From a virus (taxonomy: Duplodnaviria; Caudoviricetes): a DNA stretch of 64,000 nucleotides. This document shows positions 56,993-64,000 of the stretch, in pieces (within the stretch, counting starts at the first letter, position 1; the number at the start of each line of letters is the position of its first letter). The position numbers were made by a program, and so were the translations under genes. The DNA is taken from the IMG/VR virus record IMGVR_UViG_3300005345_000001, positions 1-64,000 of that record, one strand, 5' to 3'. The notes under the pieces were generated by a model. It was not told the origin of the DNA. It saw only the letters and a list, made by a program, of their open reading frames with translations, and did no database searches.

Positions 56993-57455
56993 ATTGTATC
57001 TCGTTGAGCCTGGCTACTATCCTGCTAGTGCTATGGTCTGACACCATTGGGAACAACACGATGTTGGCGCCGACATCCAGCGCTGCTGCCACTTCCGCTT
57101 TGTCCAGCGTCTCCATCGTATACGACCCGCCCTTCACCCAGTAATTGGGCTGCACCAATTTGATGGCGCCATCGACCCGGTCGCTATCGATGATGAACAC
57201 ATGCCGCACTGCCTGGAAGGCAGCCACAACTCGGCAACGGTCATGCTCGTTGTTAATCGGACGGCTTGGCCCTTTGAGTCGGGCGACCGCCGCATCACTG
57301 TTGATGCCAACGAACACCGCACCCAATGAAGCAGCATGCTCAAAGAGCGCGACGTGGCCCACGTGGATGATATCAAAACAGCCGCTCACCAGCACGACCC
57401 ATTGATAGTCCTGCGCCTTCTCGGCGATGTGCCGGCCGGAGAGCAGCTTGCTCAT
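56982..57455 (-). CDS. HldE/RfaE domain II-like nucleotidyltransferase (heptose-1-phosphate adenylyltransferase type)
   Basis: GCFDIIHVGH, VGINSD..V.RLKG..RPI....R, VKGG.Y, HSTS.I. Confidence 0.92.
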   Translation of the reverse strand: MSKLLSGRHIAEKAQDYQWVVLVSGCFDIIHVGHVALFEHAASLGAVFVGINSDAAVARLKGPSRPINNEHDRCRVVAAFQAVRHVFIIDSDRVDGAIKLVQPNYWVKGGSYTMETLDKAEVAAALDVGANIVLFPMVSDHSTSRIVARLNEIQYVS

Positions 57456-57700
57456 ATCGACTGGACATCCAGTGCTCGTGGCCCCTTTTCGTTATTGGCG
57501 GGCGTAAACGTGACAGCCTGCGATTCGTGCAGGCTCCGATATCCACCATCGGTCCCGGCGATGGCGCTGTAGTGAACGAAGTATTCGTTGTTGTTGTGGT
57601 CCAGGATGAAGCCAAAGCCCTTCTTGTTGTCGAACCATTTGACAACGCCATACATACGTTCGGCGGGCTGGCCCATGTTCAACTGTGATCGCTTTGCCAT
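57452..57700 (-). CDS. csp: Cold-shock domain protein
   Basis: GVVKWFDNKKGFGFI (RNP1), YFVHYSAI (RNP2), GYRSL.E.Q.V.F, KGPRA..V. Confidence 0.95.
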   Translation of the reverse strand: MAKRSQLNMGQPAERMYGVVKWFDNKKGFGFILDHNNNEYFVHYSAIAGTDGGYRSLHESQAVTFTPANNEKGPRALDVQSI

Positions 57701-58044
57701 TTGGGGCTGGTGGGTTTGTTTGAGCGAACCTTGCTGGGCCCTATGACCCAGCATTCATCGCAGTTCACCGTGACGAAATCTTTGCCGCCTTTCTTCCCCA
57801 TCAGGAAATGGTAGCCGTGGGCCCGACCATGGCGGATGTCACCGATGGTGAAGATGAGGCCGTAGTTGATGTTCTCGTTATTGATGATTTGCACCACATC
57901 GTTAATAGAAGGCTCCTGGCGGAGGGAGGAGGACGGTGGGCTTGGACGCGGGGAGCGCAATCGTCGTGGTGTCGGAGTAGGTGGGCTTTCTGGCGGCATC
58001 GGCATCGCCGTGGGAATAGGATCCGGAAGCATAATCGAATGCAT
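57679..58044 (-). CDS. Hypothetical protein with Pro-rich N-terminus overlapping the recombinase 3' end
   Basis: Globular C-part (INDVVQI...CWVIG) fills the gap before csp; start uncertain. Confidence 0.5.
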   Translation of the reverse strand: MHSIMLPDPIPTAMPMPPESPPTPTPRRLRSPRPSPPSSSLRQEPSINDVVQIINNENINYGLIFTIGDIRHGRAHGYHFLMGKKGGKDFVTVNCDECWVIGPSKVRSNKPTSPKWQSDHS

Positions 58045-58987
58045 TTTGGAGTGTGTCTTGGAGGGAGCGACGGTCCGGTTGTAGGTACATCAAGGCCGTG
58101 CGCATACTTTTGTGGCCAGTCATCGTGCAGATGAGGCTGTGCTGGCCACCGGAATTAACGAGGTTAGAGATGAAGGTGTTGCGCAGATTCTGGAAGCTGC
58201 GTCCTTTGTGGCGAATTCCGCACTGCTTATAGAGACGGCGGAATTCCAGTTGGACCGTGCCACAATCATTCGCATCTGCCTCAAATAATCCAGGAGCATC
58301 CTGGTGAACGAAGTCAGTGATACCGTCGAAACGTTTGTAGTTGAGATGTTCTACGGCTTTAAGGCGAAGAAGCCAGTCGTGCACATCGGTGCCGGGAATG
58401 ATTGGGATACGACACAATCCATTGGCCCCGTGGTGGGCGAGTTTAATGCGATAATGATCGATGAAGCATGGGCCATTGTTATTGAGATGCACATCGCGCC
58501 AACGCAGGTAAGAGCAATCCCTCAGGCTCATCCCAGTCCGATAACCTAAAATCCACAGCCATAAATGCAGCTGCCAGCGCGGTTTGTTGGCTAAGAATGT
58601 TTTGAACTGTTCATATTCCTGGTGGGTCCAGAGTGGGTTAATGACGGGCGGCCGTGGCAACAACTTCACCGCCTTGGACATGTCGACGTAAACGTAGTGG
58701 CAATCATAAAGCCACTTGAGGAAGCTACGCACCTTGGTCGCAACCCGATTGTAACTGTTGCGATTGGGATACTTCTTGTGCAGGTGCTCGATGAACTCGC
58801 CCAGCACTTTATAGTCCAGCCGCTTGCCATCGGCAAACGGGATGAACTGGCGGGCGGCGTGGTTGTATTGTTCTTTGTGGGACTTGCTAATGATCAGCTT
58901 GGCGGTCATGTAGCGAGCCCACAGATATTTGCAGTCTACCTTCTTGGCGTAGGCTTGAACGACGGGGGCCAGAACTTCAATTGACAT
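57902..58987 (-). CDS. Tyrosine recombinase family protein with atypical catalytic motifs
   Basis: SAM-like N-domain (VRSFLKWL), TGMSLRD..YLRW.DV, FQNLRNTF..NL, TGHKS....MY. Confidence 0.85.
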   Translation of the reverse strand: MSIEVLAPVVQAYAKKVDCKYLWARYMTAKLIISKSHKEQYNHAARQFIPFADGKRLDYKVLGEFIEHLHKKYPNRNSYNRVATKVRSFLKWLYDCHYVYVDMSKAVKLLPRPPVINPLWTHQEYEQFKTFLANKPRWQLHLWLWILGYRTGMSLRDCSYLRWRDVHLNNNGPCFIDHYRIKLAHHGANGLCRIPIIPGTDVHDWLLRLKAVEHLNYKRFDGITDFVHQDAPGLFEADANDCGTVQLEFRRLYKQCGIRHKGRSFQNLRNTFISNLVNSGGQHSLICTMTGHKSMRTALMYLQPDRRSLQDTLQNAFDYASGSYSHGDADAARKPTYSDTTTIALPASKPTVLLPPPGAFY

Positions 58988-59333
58988 ACGACCTGGCTAT
59001 TCTTTTGATGAGTTTTGCGGTTTGTCCGTTTTTCTTTGACTTGGCCAGATGCCTCATCCGGTCAACGCCACCCCGACCCAACGCGCTTTTGATGAGCGTG
59101 CGATACTGATGGCGCTCGCTCCACTTCAGGCCGCAAGCTTCCATCCACTGGTCCACGTCATCTGCGTGACCGGCCCACGTGGAGGCTAACGACAACCGGG
59201 CAACCTTGCCCCGGCTCCAGCCGCTCCGCCTGGCCAACTCAACATCGGTAAAGCAGCCGGCACGGTCTTTGCGCTTGGCCATGATCCGGCAGATGTTGGG
59301 CGGCAAACGATCCAAGTCTTCCAGATGGGTCAT
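58977..59333 (-). CDS. Putative HTH DNA-binding protein
   Basis: TDVELARRSGWSRGKVARL helix-turn-helix pattern. Confidence 0.6.
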   Translation of the reverse strand: MTHLEDLDRLPPNICRIMAKRKDRAGCFTDVELARRSGWSRGKVARLSLASTWAGHADDVDQWMEACGLKWSERHQYRTLIKSALGRGGVDRMRHLAKSKKNGQTAKLIKRIARSYVN

Positions 59334-59386
59334 TGGCAGCGTCCTAACGTATTGTCTTTTGCAGGCAATGATGTCAAAGGTTTTCC

Positions 59387-60682
59387 ATGGATAACCGTAA
59401 AACTACGGACGAGCAACTCTTAACCCTCAACACTCTGGGGGACGTGGAACTGTGGTATGCCCAGGGCCAGGACGGTTCCTGGTCGCTGCCTGTTTACGTC
59501 CAGTGGATGGTCGACAGTTCAACCGGCAAAGATTACGGCTGCATCGATCCAGCCTGTGGCCTTTATTATTCCCAGCTGCTCACGCTGCGGGCGCTGTTCG
59601 AAGCGCACGAGCTGGCACACAAAGAGGACTGGTGGCTCCTGCCTCGTCGGGGGGCAGAGGCAGTGCTGCGCAAGGCGCCTGGCTGCACCGTCGCTTACTA
59701 TTACAAATGGCCCGACGCTGCCTGTCCGCTCATCCCGCCAAAGCGTCCACGCTTCCAGCATTTCATCCGGGAGGTGCCGGAGTCCAAGACGCCATGGCTC
59801 CCCAAACAATTCGTGCAGCACGTCGCCAAGACTCATTCCCTGCCCTCTGGGGTGGTGGGCCTGGTCATGGAAGCCATCGCCAAGGAGGCGCCCGAATGGA
59901 TGGTCAAGCAGCGCCAACACCTGGACTTGGGCTTCTGTCGGTTGATGGCTCTGCCTTTCCGGGTGAACTGGAAACAGATCGTGGCTTTCAAGTGCGACAA
60001 GTTTAAGCTGGGTGCGATCTTTAAGAAGCCTTCCGCCCAGATGCTGGCGGATTTAGAAACAATTGGCATGCCAAACATTCTTTGCTCGACCCACAACCTA
60101 GCCTTGAAACATGGTGGGCGACTGGACTATTGCTTGGAAGCCATCCCCTCGCCGGCCTTTGAAAAGGCCGTGGCAAAGATCGAAGAGCAGAGGATGGCCA
60201 CCGGCCCGTCGACATACATCGCGCTATTCGAAGATGCTGTTGAAAAACTCTATCGGCCTATTGTGTCGGCCCTGGCCTACTGGTGGAGCAAAGCTCGTGC
60301 GCCGTTTGCGGAGATTCGCCAAGGCGGTAGTGCTGGGGTCAATCGCTTATGGCCGGTTGGAGCCAAGCAGGTGGAAGTTCGCGGGATGGATCTGGCTTCA
60401 TTACCCGTCTGTGTTGTGGCGACTGATAGCCGTTTCAGTGTCCTGGGAGAAAAGAGTGACCCCGTCCTTATACAAGCGCAGGCTGATGCGGTGCAGAAAA
60501 TGCGTGATCTTTCACCGGCCACTGATGACTTGTGGAAATCCTCTAACTGGCGAGCGCGTCTACGAAAACGGGAAGCCCTCGCCAATGGGGTGCCTATGCT
60601 ACATGCCGATGAAAGCGCTGTTCCCGGGGAACCAGTGTTACTTATCCCTGAGAATTCCGGGGGAGGGATGGAGGGACCATGA
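59387..60682 (+). CDS. Hypothetical protein
   Basis: 431-aa ORF with natural composition; divergent from the HTH gene. Confidence 0.7.
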   Translation: MDNRKTTDEQLLTLNTLGDVELWYAQGQDGSWSLPVYVQWMVDSSTGKDYGCIDPACGLYYSQLLTLRALFEAHELAHKEDWWLLPRRGAEAVLRKAPGCTVAYYYKWPDAACPLIPPKRPRFQHFIREVPESKTPWLPKQFVQHVAKTHSLPSGVVGLVMEAIAKEAPEWMVKQRQHLDLGFCRLMALPFRVNWKQIVAFKCDKFKLGAIFKKPSAQMLADLETIGMPNILCSTHNLALKHGGRLDYCLEAIPSPAFEKAVAKIEEQRMATGPSTYIALFEDAVEKLYRPIVSALAYWWSKARAPFAEIRQGGSAGVNRLWPVGAKQVEVRGMDLASLPVCVVATDSRFSVLGEKSDPVLIQAQADAVQKMRDLSPATDDLWKSSNWRARLRKREALANGVPMLHADESAVPGEPVLLIPENSGGGMEGP

Positions 60683-61212
60683 CATCGGATGATAATGGAA
60701 ACGGGCAGGTACCTTTAGCCATCGTTCATCAGCAGGACCATGGACAGGCCATCGCCATCCGGGCCAAGGAACGGGCTGCCGCAGCCATGGTTAAGGCCAA
60801 GACTTTCGAACAGTTCGGGATGAAAGTCATCAGGGTGAAGGCCAAGGCAGAGGCGGCCATTGGCAAATATGCTCAGCAGATGGGCATTAAACAGATGGGC
60901 CACGGCAAGGTGGTGATTGTGGGGGATATCGCTCGGGAAGCTATTGATACGATCACCGACATTATCGAAGAGATGCGGGCCCGGGTGCCGCCGTGTGACC
61001 CGGAGATCATTTTGGAATTACTACAAACGCAGAGGGATTTCTCGCGGCTCCTTTTGGACACAGGCCAGGCGCATCTTCAGGCCGATCGCAATGCCAATGC
61101 AGCCAGCGATGCGGGCAAGATTGCTATTCCGTTTGCGCAGGGGACCCCGCTAATGGTAGCAATAGGCAAGAGCCCAACTGAAATCACGCAAGAAGTAGAG
61201 GATAAAACATGA
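60679..61212 (+). CDS. Hypothetical helical protein
   Basis: ATGA-coupled at both ends. Confidence 0.65.
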   Translation: MTSDDNGNGQVPLAIVHQQDHGQAIAIRAKERAAAAMVKAKTFEQFGMKVIRVKAKAEAAIGKYAQQMGIKQMGHGKVVIVGDIAREAIDTITDIIEEMRARVPPCDPEIILELLQTQRDFSRLLLDTGQAHLQADRNANAASDAGKIAIPFAQGTPLMVAIGKSPTEITQEVEDKT

Positions 61213-61532
61213 AACTATTACTGTTGGCGTTACTGGTGCCGGCCTGTTGTTTTGGTCACCTCTTCCAGATAGCATGGGACCCAAGTCCCAGTCCAGGCAT
61301 CAAACATTACATCGTGTTGATTGCTGTGGATGGAGGATCCTCTGGCGCTTATGGAACTACCCCGTCCACATCGTGGGTGGTGGATTTGGAGACTAATTCC
61401 TACACGGTGACCGTGAAGGCAGTGGGAACTAATGGTCAGGAATCGCTGCCATCCAATGCATGGAGGATTCCAAAACCAGCTGGGACGGTGCAGGGGAGCT
61501 ATGGGGTGTGGACGACGACGAACGCGCCATGA
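61209..61532 (+). CDS. Secreted fibronectin type III-like protein
   Basis: Signal MKLLLLALLVPACCFG; IAWDPSP...HYIV...YTVTVKAV...GQESLPSN. Confidence 0.8.
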   Translation: MKLLLLALLVPACCFGHLFQIAWDPSPSPGIKHYIVLIAVDGGSSGAYGTTPSTSWVVDLETNSYTVTVKAVGTNGQESLPSNAWRIPKPAGTVQGSYGVWTTTNAP

Positions 61533-61592
61533 GCAGAGGAGTGGAAGAATAGTCTTGCCGGTTGTATCACGGCCGGTCACCTTCAGTGCCAG

Positions 61593-61934
61593 ATGAGAGC
61601 TTTACTATCGGTGGGTTTTGCGCTCGTGGTGGCCAGCGCTGCCGCAGCGCAGTCAGTGTTGGAGATCCGTTGGCTGCCCAATCCGGTCAGTGACAGTAAC
61701 CAACTCTATCGGGTGTACGTTTCCACCAATTCCACCACCGTCTTCGGGCTAGCTGGAGGCACCACCGGCACCGTCTTTAGCATTACCAACGTGCCACCCG
61801 GTGTATATGGGGCATCCATTACTGCCTCCAATATCTGGGGCGAAACAGCCAAGAGCCCGCCGGTCTATACAGCTGGGCCAGCGATGGTTCCCAGTGTGCC
61901 ATCAGGGGTGAGTATCCTCATTAGGATCCAATGA
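61593..61934 (+). CDS. Secreted fibronectin type III-like protein
   Basis: Signal MRALLSVGFALVVASAAAA; IRW.PNP...YRVY...Y...ITASN..GET.KS. Confidence 0.8.
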   Translation: MRALLSVGFALVVASAAAAQSVLEIRWLPNPVSDSNQLYRVYVSTNSTTVFGLAGGTTGTVFSITNVPPGVYGASITASNIWGETAKSPPVYTAGPAMVPSVPSGVSILIRIQ

Positions 61935-62392
61935 AGCTCATCAAACAAGACAAGTCGCTCAAAGACATCATCATCAACATTTTTACCAGTTGCCATGGAC
62001 ATGGCCGGCGCAGGGCGGCTGTGTTTCACTTCAAGTTCGGCCTACCACAAAAGAAAGAAAACATACCTATGCCAACCACTGTAGAGATCACTAACGAACA
62101 GAAGGTCAAAGTGACCCTTGCGCCCGTCACCGATACGGGCAAGCCAGCGAAGCTGGACGGGTCCCCGTCCTGGGCCGTCATCACCGGCAACTCACAGGTC
62201 GTGGTAGCAGACGACGGATTGTCTGCTGACTTGATCAGTTCCGATGATCCGGGTGACACCCAGGTCCTGATTAAAGCCGACGCCAATCTTGGGGAGGGCG
62301 TGGAGGAAATCTCCGATACCATCACCCTGACGGTGATTGGTGCGACGGCTAAGAATCTTGGTGTGACGGTCGGGGCTCCGGAACCAAAATGA
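61931..62392 (+). CDS. Ig-like domain protein
   Basis: VKVTLAPV...PSW...VVVADDG.SA...G.TQVLIKA...ITLTV all-beta pattern. Confidence 0.65.
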   Translation: MKLIKQDKSLKDIIINIFTSCHGHGRRRAAVFHFKFGLPQKKENIPMPTTVEITNEQKVKVTLAPVTDTGKPAKLDGSPSWAVITGNSQVVVADDGLSADLISSDDPGDTQVLIKADANLGEGVEEISDTITLTVIGATAKNLGVTVGAPEPK

Positions 62393-62481
62393 TGTGTCCT
62401 CACTGCGGGAGGGAGCTGGCGCAAATTACGCCAACCCTCCTGCGGTGTGATCCCTGCCGCTACTCACACGGCGTGGCCCCT

Positions 62482-62805
62482 TCACACACGCTCGATGAGT
62501 ATGTCAGCGCCTTCGTCTCCGGCTGGCACACGGACAACACGGACAGATATCTCAGGGATCCAGCTGACGGAGTCGTCCAACGGCAGTGACAAGGCAATCC
62601 AGGATTGTCGATTGAGCCCCGTCTGCATCCCTTTCTCGCCGGTCAGAAACGTAGAGCGTAACTGTGACTCGAAACTGCGGATGCACTGAGCCATCCACTT
62701 TTGCCTTTCGGGTTTTGTGATGAGCTTTCTGCCCGTCCACTGCTTGCTGTTCTTGAAGGACGGGACGTGACCTAAGCCCCTCACGCTTAGCTTGATAGGC
62801 GGCAT
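62482..62805 (-). CDS. RusA-like protein, frame B (N- and C-terminal RusA motifs)
   Basis: VPSFKNSK...LITKP and LPLDDS.....V.V......GADILIE. Confidence 0.6.
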   Translation of the reverse strand: MPPIKLSVRGLGHVPSFKNSKQWTGRKLITKPERQKWMAQCIRSFESQLRSTFLTGEKGMQTGLNRQSWIALSLPLDDSVSWIPEISVRVVRVPAGDEGADILIERV

Positions 62806-62830
62806 AATCTTTCGCTGTCCAGCGGGCCAT
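62552..62830 (-). CDS. RusA-like protein, frame A (central catalytic-like motif)
   Basis: MARWTAKDYAAYQAKR start; VTVTLYVSDRRERDADGAQSTILDCL. Confidence 0.6.
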   Translation of the reverse strand: MARWTAKDYAAYQAKREGLRSRPVLQEQQAVDGQKAHHKTRKAKVDGSVHPQFRVTVTLYVSDRRERDADGAQSTILDCLVTAVGRLRQLDP

Positions 62831-62856
62831 TGGAACAGTAATATCCACTAAGTCCA

Positions 62857-63507
62857 ATGGCAGTTCCAATCGAAAGAGTGCGGGCGCAATGGCGTGCGGC
62901 GAACAGACGCTATCGAAAGCGGCATCCAGAACGTGGCCGTGAGCGCAGAAAACAATACAGCAAGGCGTGGAGACTTCGAAATCCAGAGAAGGCCAAAGCG
63001 GCTGACATGAGATGGCGACTAGCTAATCCAGATAGGGTTAAGGAATCAGCCCGTATTGCTGGTAAAAAGTGGCGCGCTAATAACTTGGAAAGAGCCAAGG
63101 CTATGTGCGCTAGGTGGCAGCGGTCCAATCGGGAATATGTTAACCGTAAAGAGCGCGAACGATGCGCAGCCGACCCGTCGTATCGGTTGGCGAGATGCCT
63201 TCGGTCTAGGATACGGCGGGTGTTGCGTCTGAGAGCTGCAACCAAACGGGATAATACCGCCGCCCTCACTGGTTGCTCGGTCCAATTCCTTATGGGACAC
63301 TTGGAGGCACGATTCCAGCCTGGGATGTCATGGGACAATTACGGCAACGTTTGGGAAGTCGATCATATATTCCCCTGTGCTATGTATGATCTGGCTGTCG
63401 ACTCTCAGCAACGAGCCTGCTTCCACTATACCAATCTTCAACCACTGTTCGTTAGTGATAACCGCAGGAAATACACCAAACTACCAAAGGTACCATTGTG
63501 TCAATAA
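62857..63507 (+). CDS. HNH endonuclease
   Basis: F.PGMSWDNYG..WEVDHIFPC...CFHYTNLQPL...DN.RK; basic helical repeats at the N-terminus. Confidence 0.9.
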   Translation: MAVPIERVRAQWRAANRRYRKRHPERGRERRKQYSKAWRLRNPEKAKAADMRWRLANPDRVKESARIAGKKWRANNLERAKAMCARWQRSNREYVNRKERERCAADPSYRLARCLRSRIRRVLRLRAATKRDNTAALTGCSVQFLMGHLEARFQPGMSWDNYGNVWEVDHIFPCAMYDLAVDSQQRACFHYTNLQPLFVSDNRRKYTKLPKVPLCQ

Positions 63508-63671
63508 GCCTCTTATTTTGGGTAATTTACATCCTCACCATAGTGTTCGCTATCATTGGCAACTGGCCACTCAATGCCGCTAATGCAAAGCCAACCGCCA
63601 TCTCGATTGTCATCTTGGTTTTGATTGGGCTATTGGGTTGGGCTCAGTTCGGTGCGGCGATACACCGTTAA
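63498..63671 (+). CDS. 57-aa two-TM membrane protein (not in the ORF track)
   Basis: GTG start; SISLLFWVIYILTIVFAIIGNW...TAISIVILVLIGLLGWAQFGAAIHR. Confidence 0.6.
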   Translation: MSISLLFWVIYILTIVFAIIGNWPLNAANAKPTAISIVILVLIGLLGWAQFGAAIHR

Positions 63672-64000
63672 CTCTTCGTATCGTCCGTGTCCCCTTCGAA
63701 GAAGTTGCTCTTGAGTTTATAGAGCGCGTCCTGATCGTTGTTAGAAACGGCTGAGGCGTAGCTTATGGTCTGGCTGCTCGTCTTGGCGAATGACCGGTGG
63801 ATGTTCTTGGCATCGGTGCGCAGCACATTGCTTACGCTCATGGTGCCGGCCGCCATACGGCTGGCTGCCGACCAGCCTTCCGTGCCAACGCCGATGTGAA
63901 CGAAGACCCAATCGTCTTCTTTCTCCCGACGTTTAATCTCCTGCTTAACCGTCGCCTCTGTCCACTCCGCGCTGGCATTCTCATAGCCATCGGTGAGTGT
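63668..64000 (-). CDS. vWA-domain protein, 3' part only
   Basis: Frame open from the window edge: TLTDGYENAS.EWT...VKQEI...W.FVHIG (TDGxEN motif). Confidence 0.75.
   Translation of the reverse strand, partial: TLTDGYENASAEWTEATVKQEIKRREKEDDWVFVHIGVGTEGWSAASRMAAGTMSVSNVLRTDAKNIHRSFAKTSSQTISYASAVSNNDQDALYKLKSNFFEGDTDDTKS

Larger units (their letters stand above)
1..64000. mobile_element. Tailed bacteriophage (Caudoviricetes) genome segment, podovirus-like gene content; temperate or lytic status undetermined
   Basis: Terminase large subunit, portal/scaffold/capsid-like block, tail collar domain, ejection-type proteins, phage replication initiator plus loader, and tight ATGA/TAATG gene coupling. 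No host core genes. Confidence 0.95.

Noticed and set aside
47727-57455. DNA hypermodification cluster
   Set aside because: No DNA polymerase, thymidylate-synthase-like hydroxymethylase, TET/JBP or T4-type glucosyltransferase was recognised. Not fully excluded, since the rest of the genome is unseen.
60679-61212. Terminase small subunit call
   Set aside because: Size and helicity fit, but there is no HTH motif and it is far from terL; left as hypothetical.
62389-62589. 66-aa CxxC...CxxC zinc-ribbon ORF
   Set aside because: The ATGA overlap and Cys pairs are suggestive, but half of it is antisense to the already dual-coded RusA region; too weak to list as a feature.
1-64000. CRISPR array, tRNA genes, rRNA, attL/attR, IS elements
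   Set aside because: No regularly spaced repeats, canonical cloverleafs, transposase or host-phage junction seen by eye.

Overview
The whole 64-kb window is bacteriophage DNA; I see no host housekeeping genes, rRNA, canonical tRNA or CRISPR array. It looks like a podovirus-type tailed phage: there is no tape measure, and it has a nozzle-like module plus three cysteine-free ejection-type proteins. Layout: a noncoding, densely base-paired region (about 190-900 and 1590-2800); a replication module (GIY-YIG nuclease, initiator, DnaC-like loader); a leftward operon terL > rmlB > bifunctional epimerase/reductase; a rightward virion operon (portal, scaffold, capsid, adaptor, four consecutive signal-peptide-bearing fibre/adhesin-like proteins, tail collar, a three-piece nozzle, ejection proteins up to 2901 aa); a ~10-kb glycan cluster (GT2-, GT9-, GT34- and CgeB-like transferases, three SAM methyltransferases, a radical SAM enzyme, an HldE-type nucleotidyltransferase); a cold-shock protein; an atypical tyrosine recombinase; secreted FN3/Ig-like proteins; a dual-coded RusA-like locus; and many free-standing HNH endonucleases. 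Best candidate for an undescribed system (inference): a phage that exports its fibre proteins through Sec and carries its own sugar-synthesis and glycan-tailoring enzymes, with a very dense Thr-Asn motif on the exported proteins. Other strong leads are a ~700-nt structured ncRNA candidate, a glycosyltransferase/isoprenoid-synthase-like fusion among the ejection genes, and a RusA fold spread over two overlapping frames. A Verrucomicrobiota host is a guess from protein motifs. All family assignments come from motifs recognised by eye; no database search was run.
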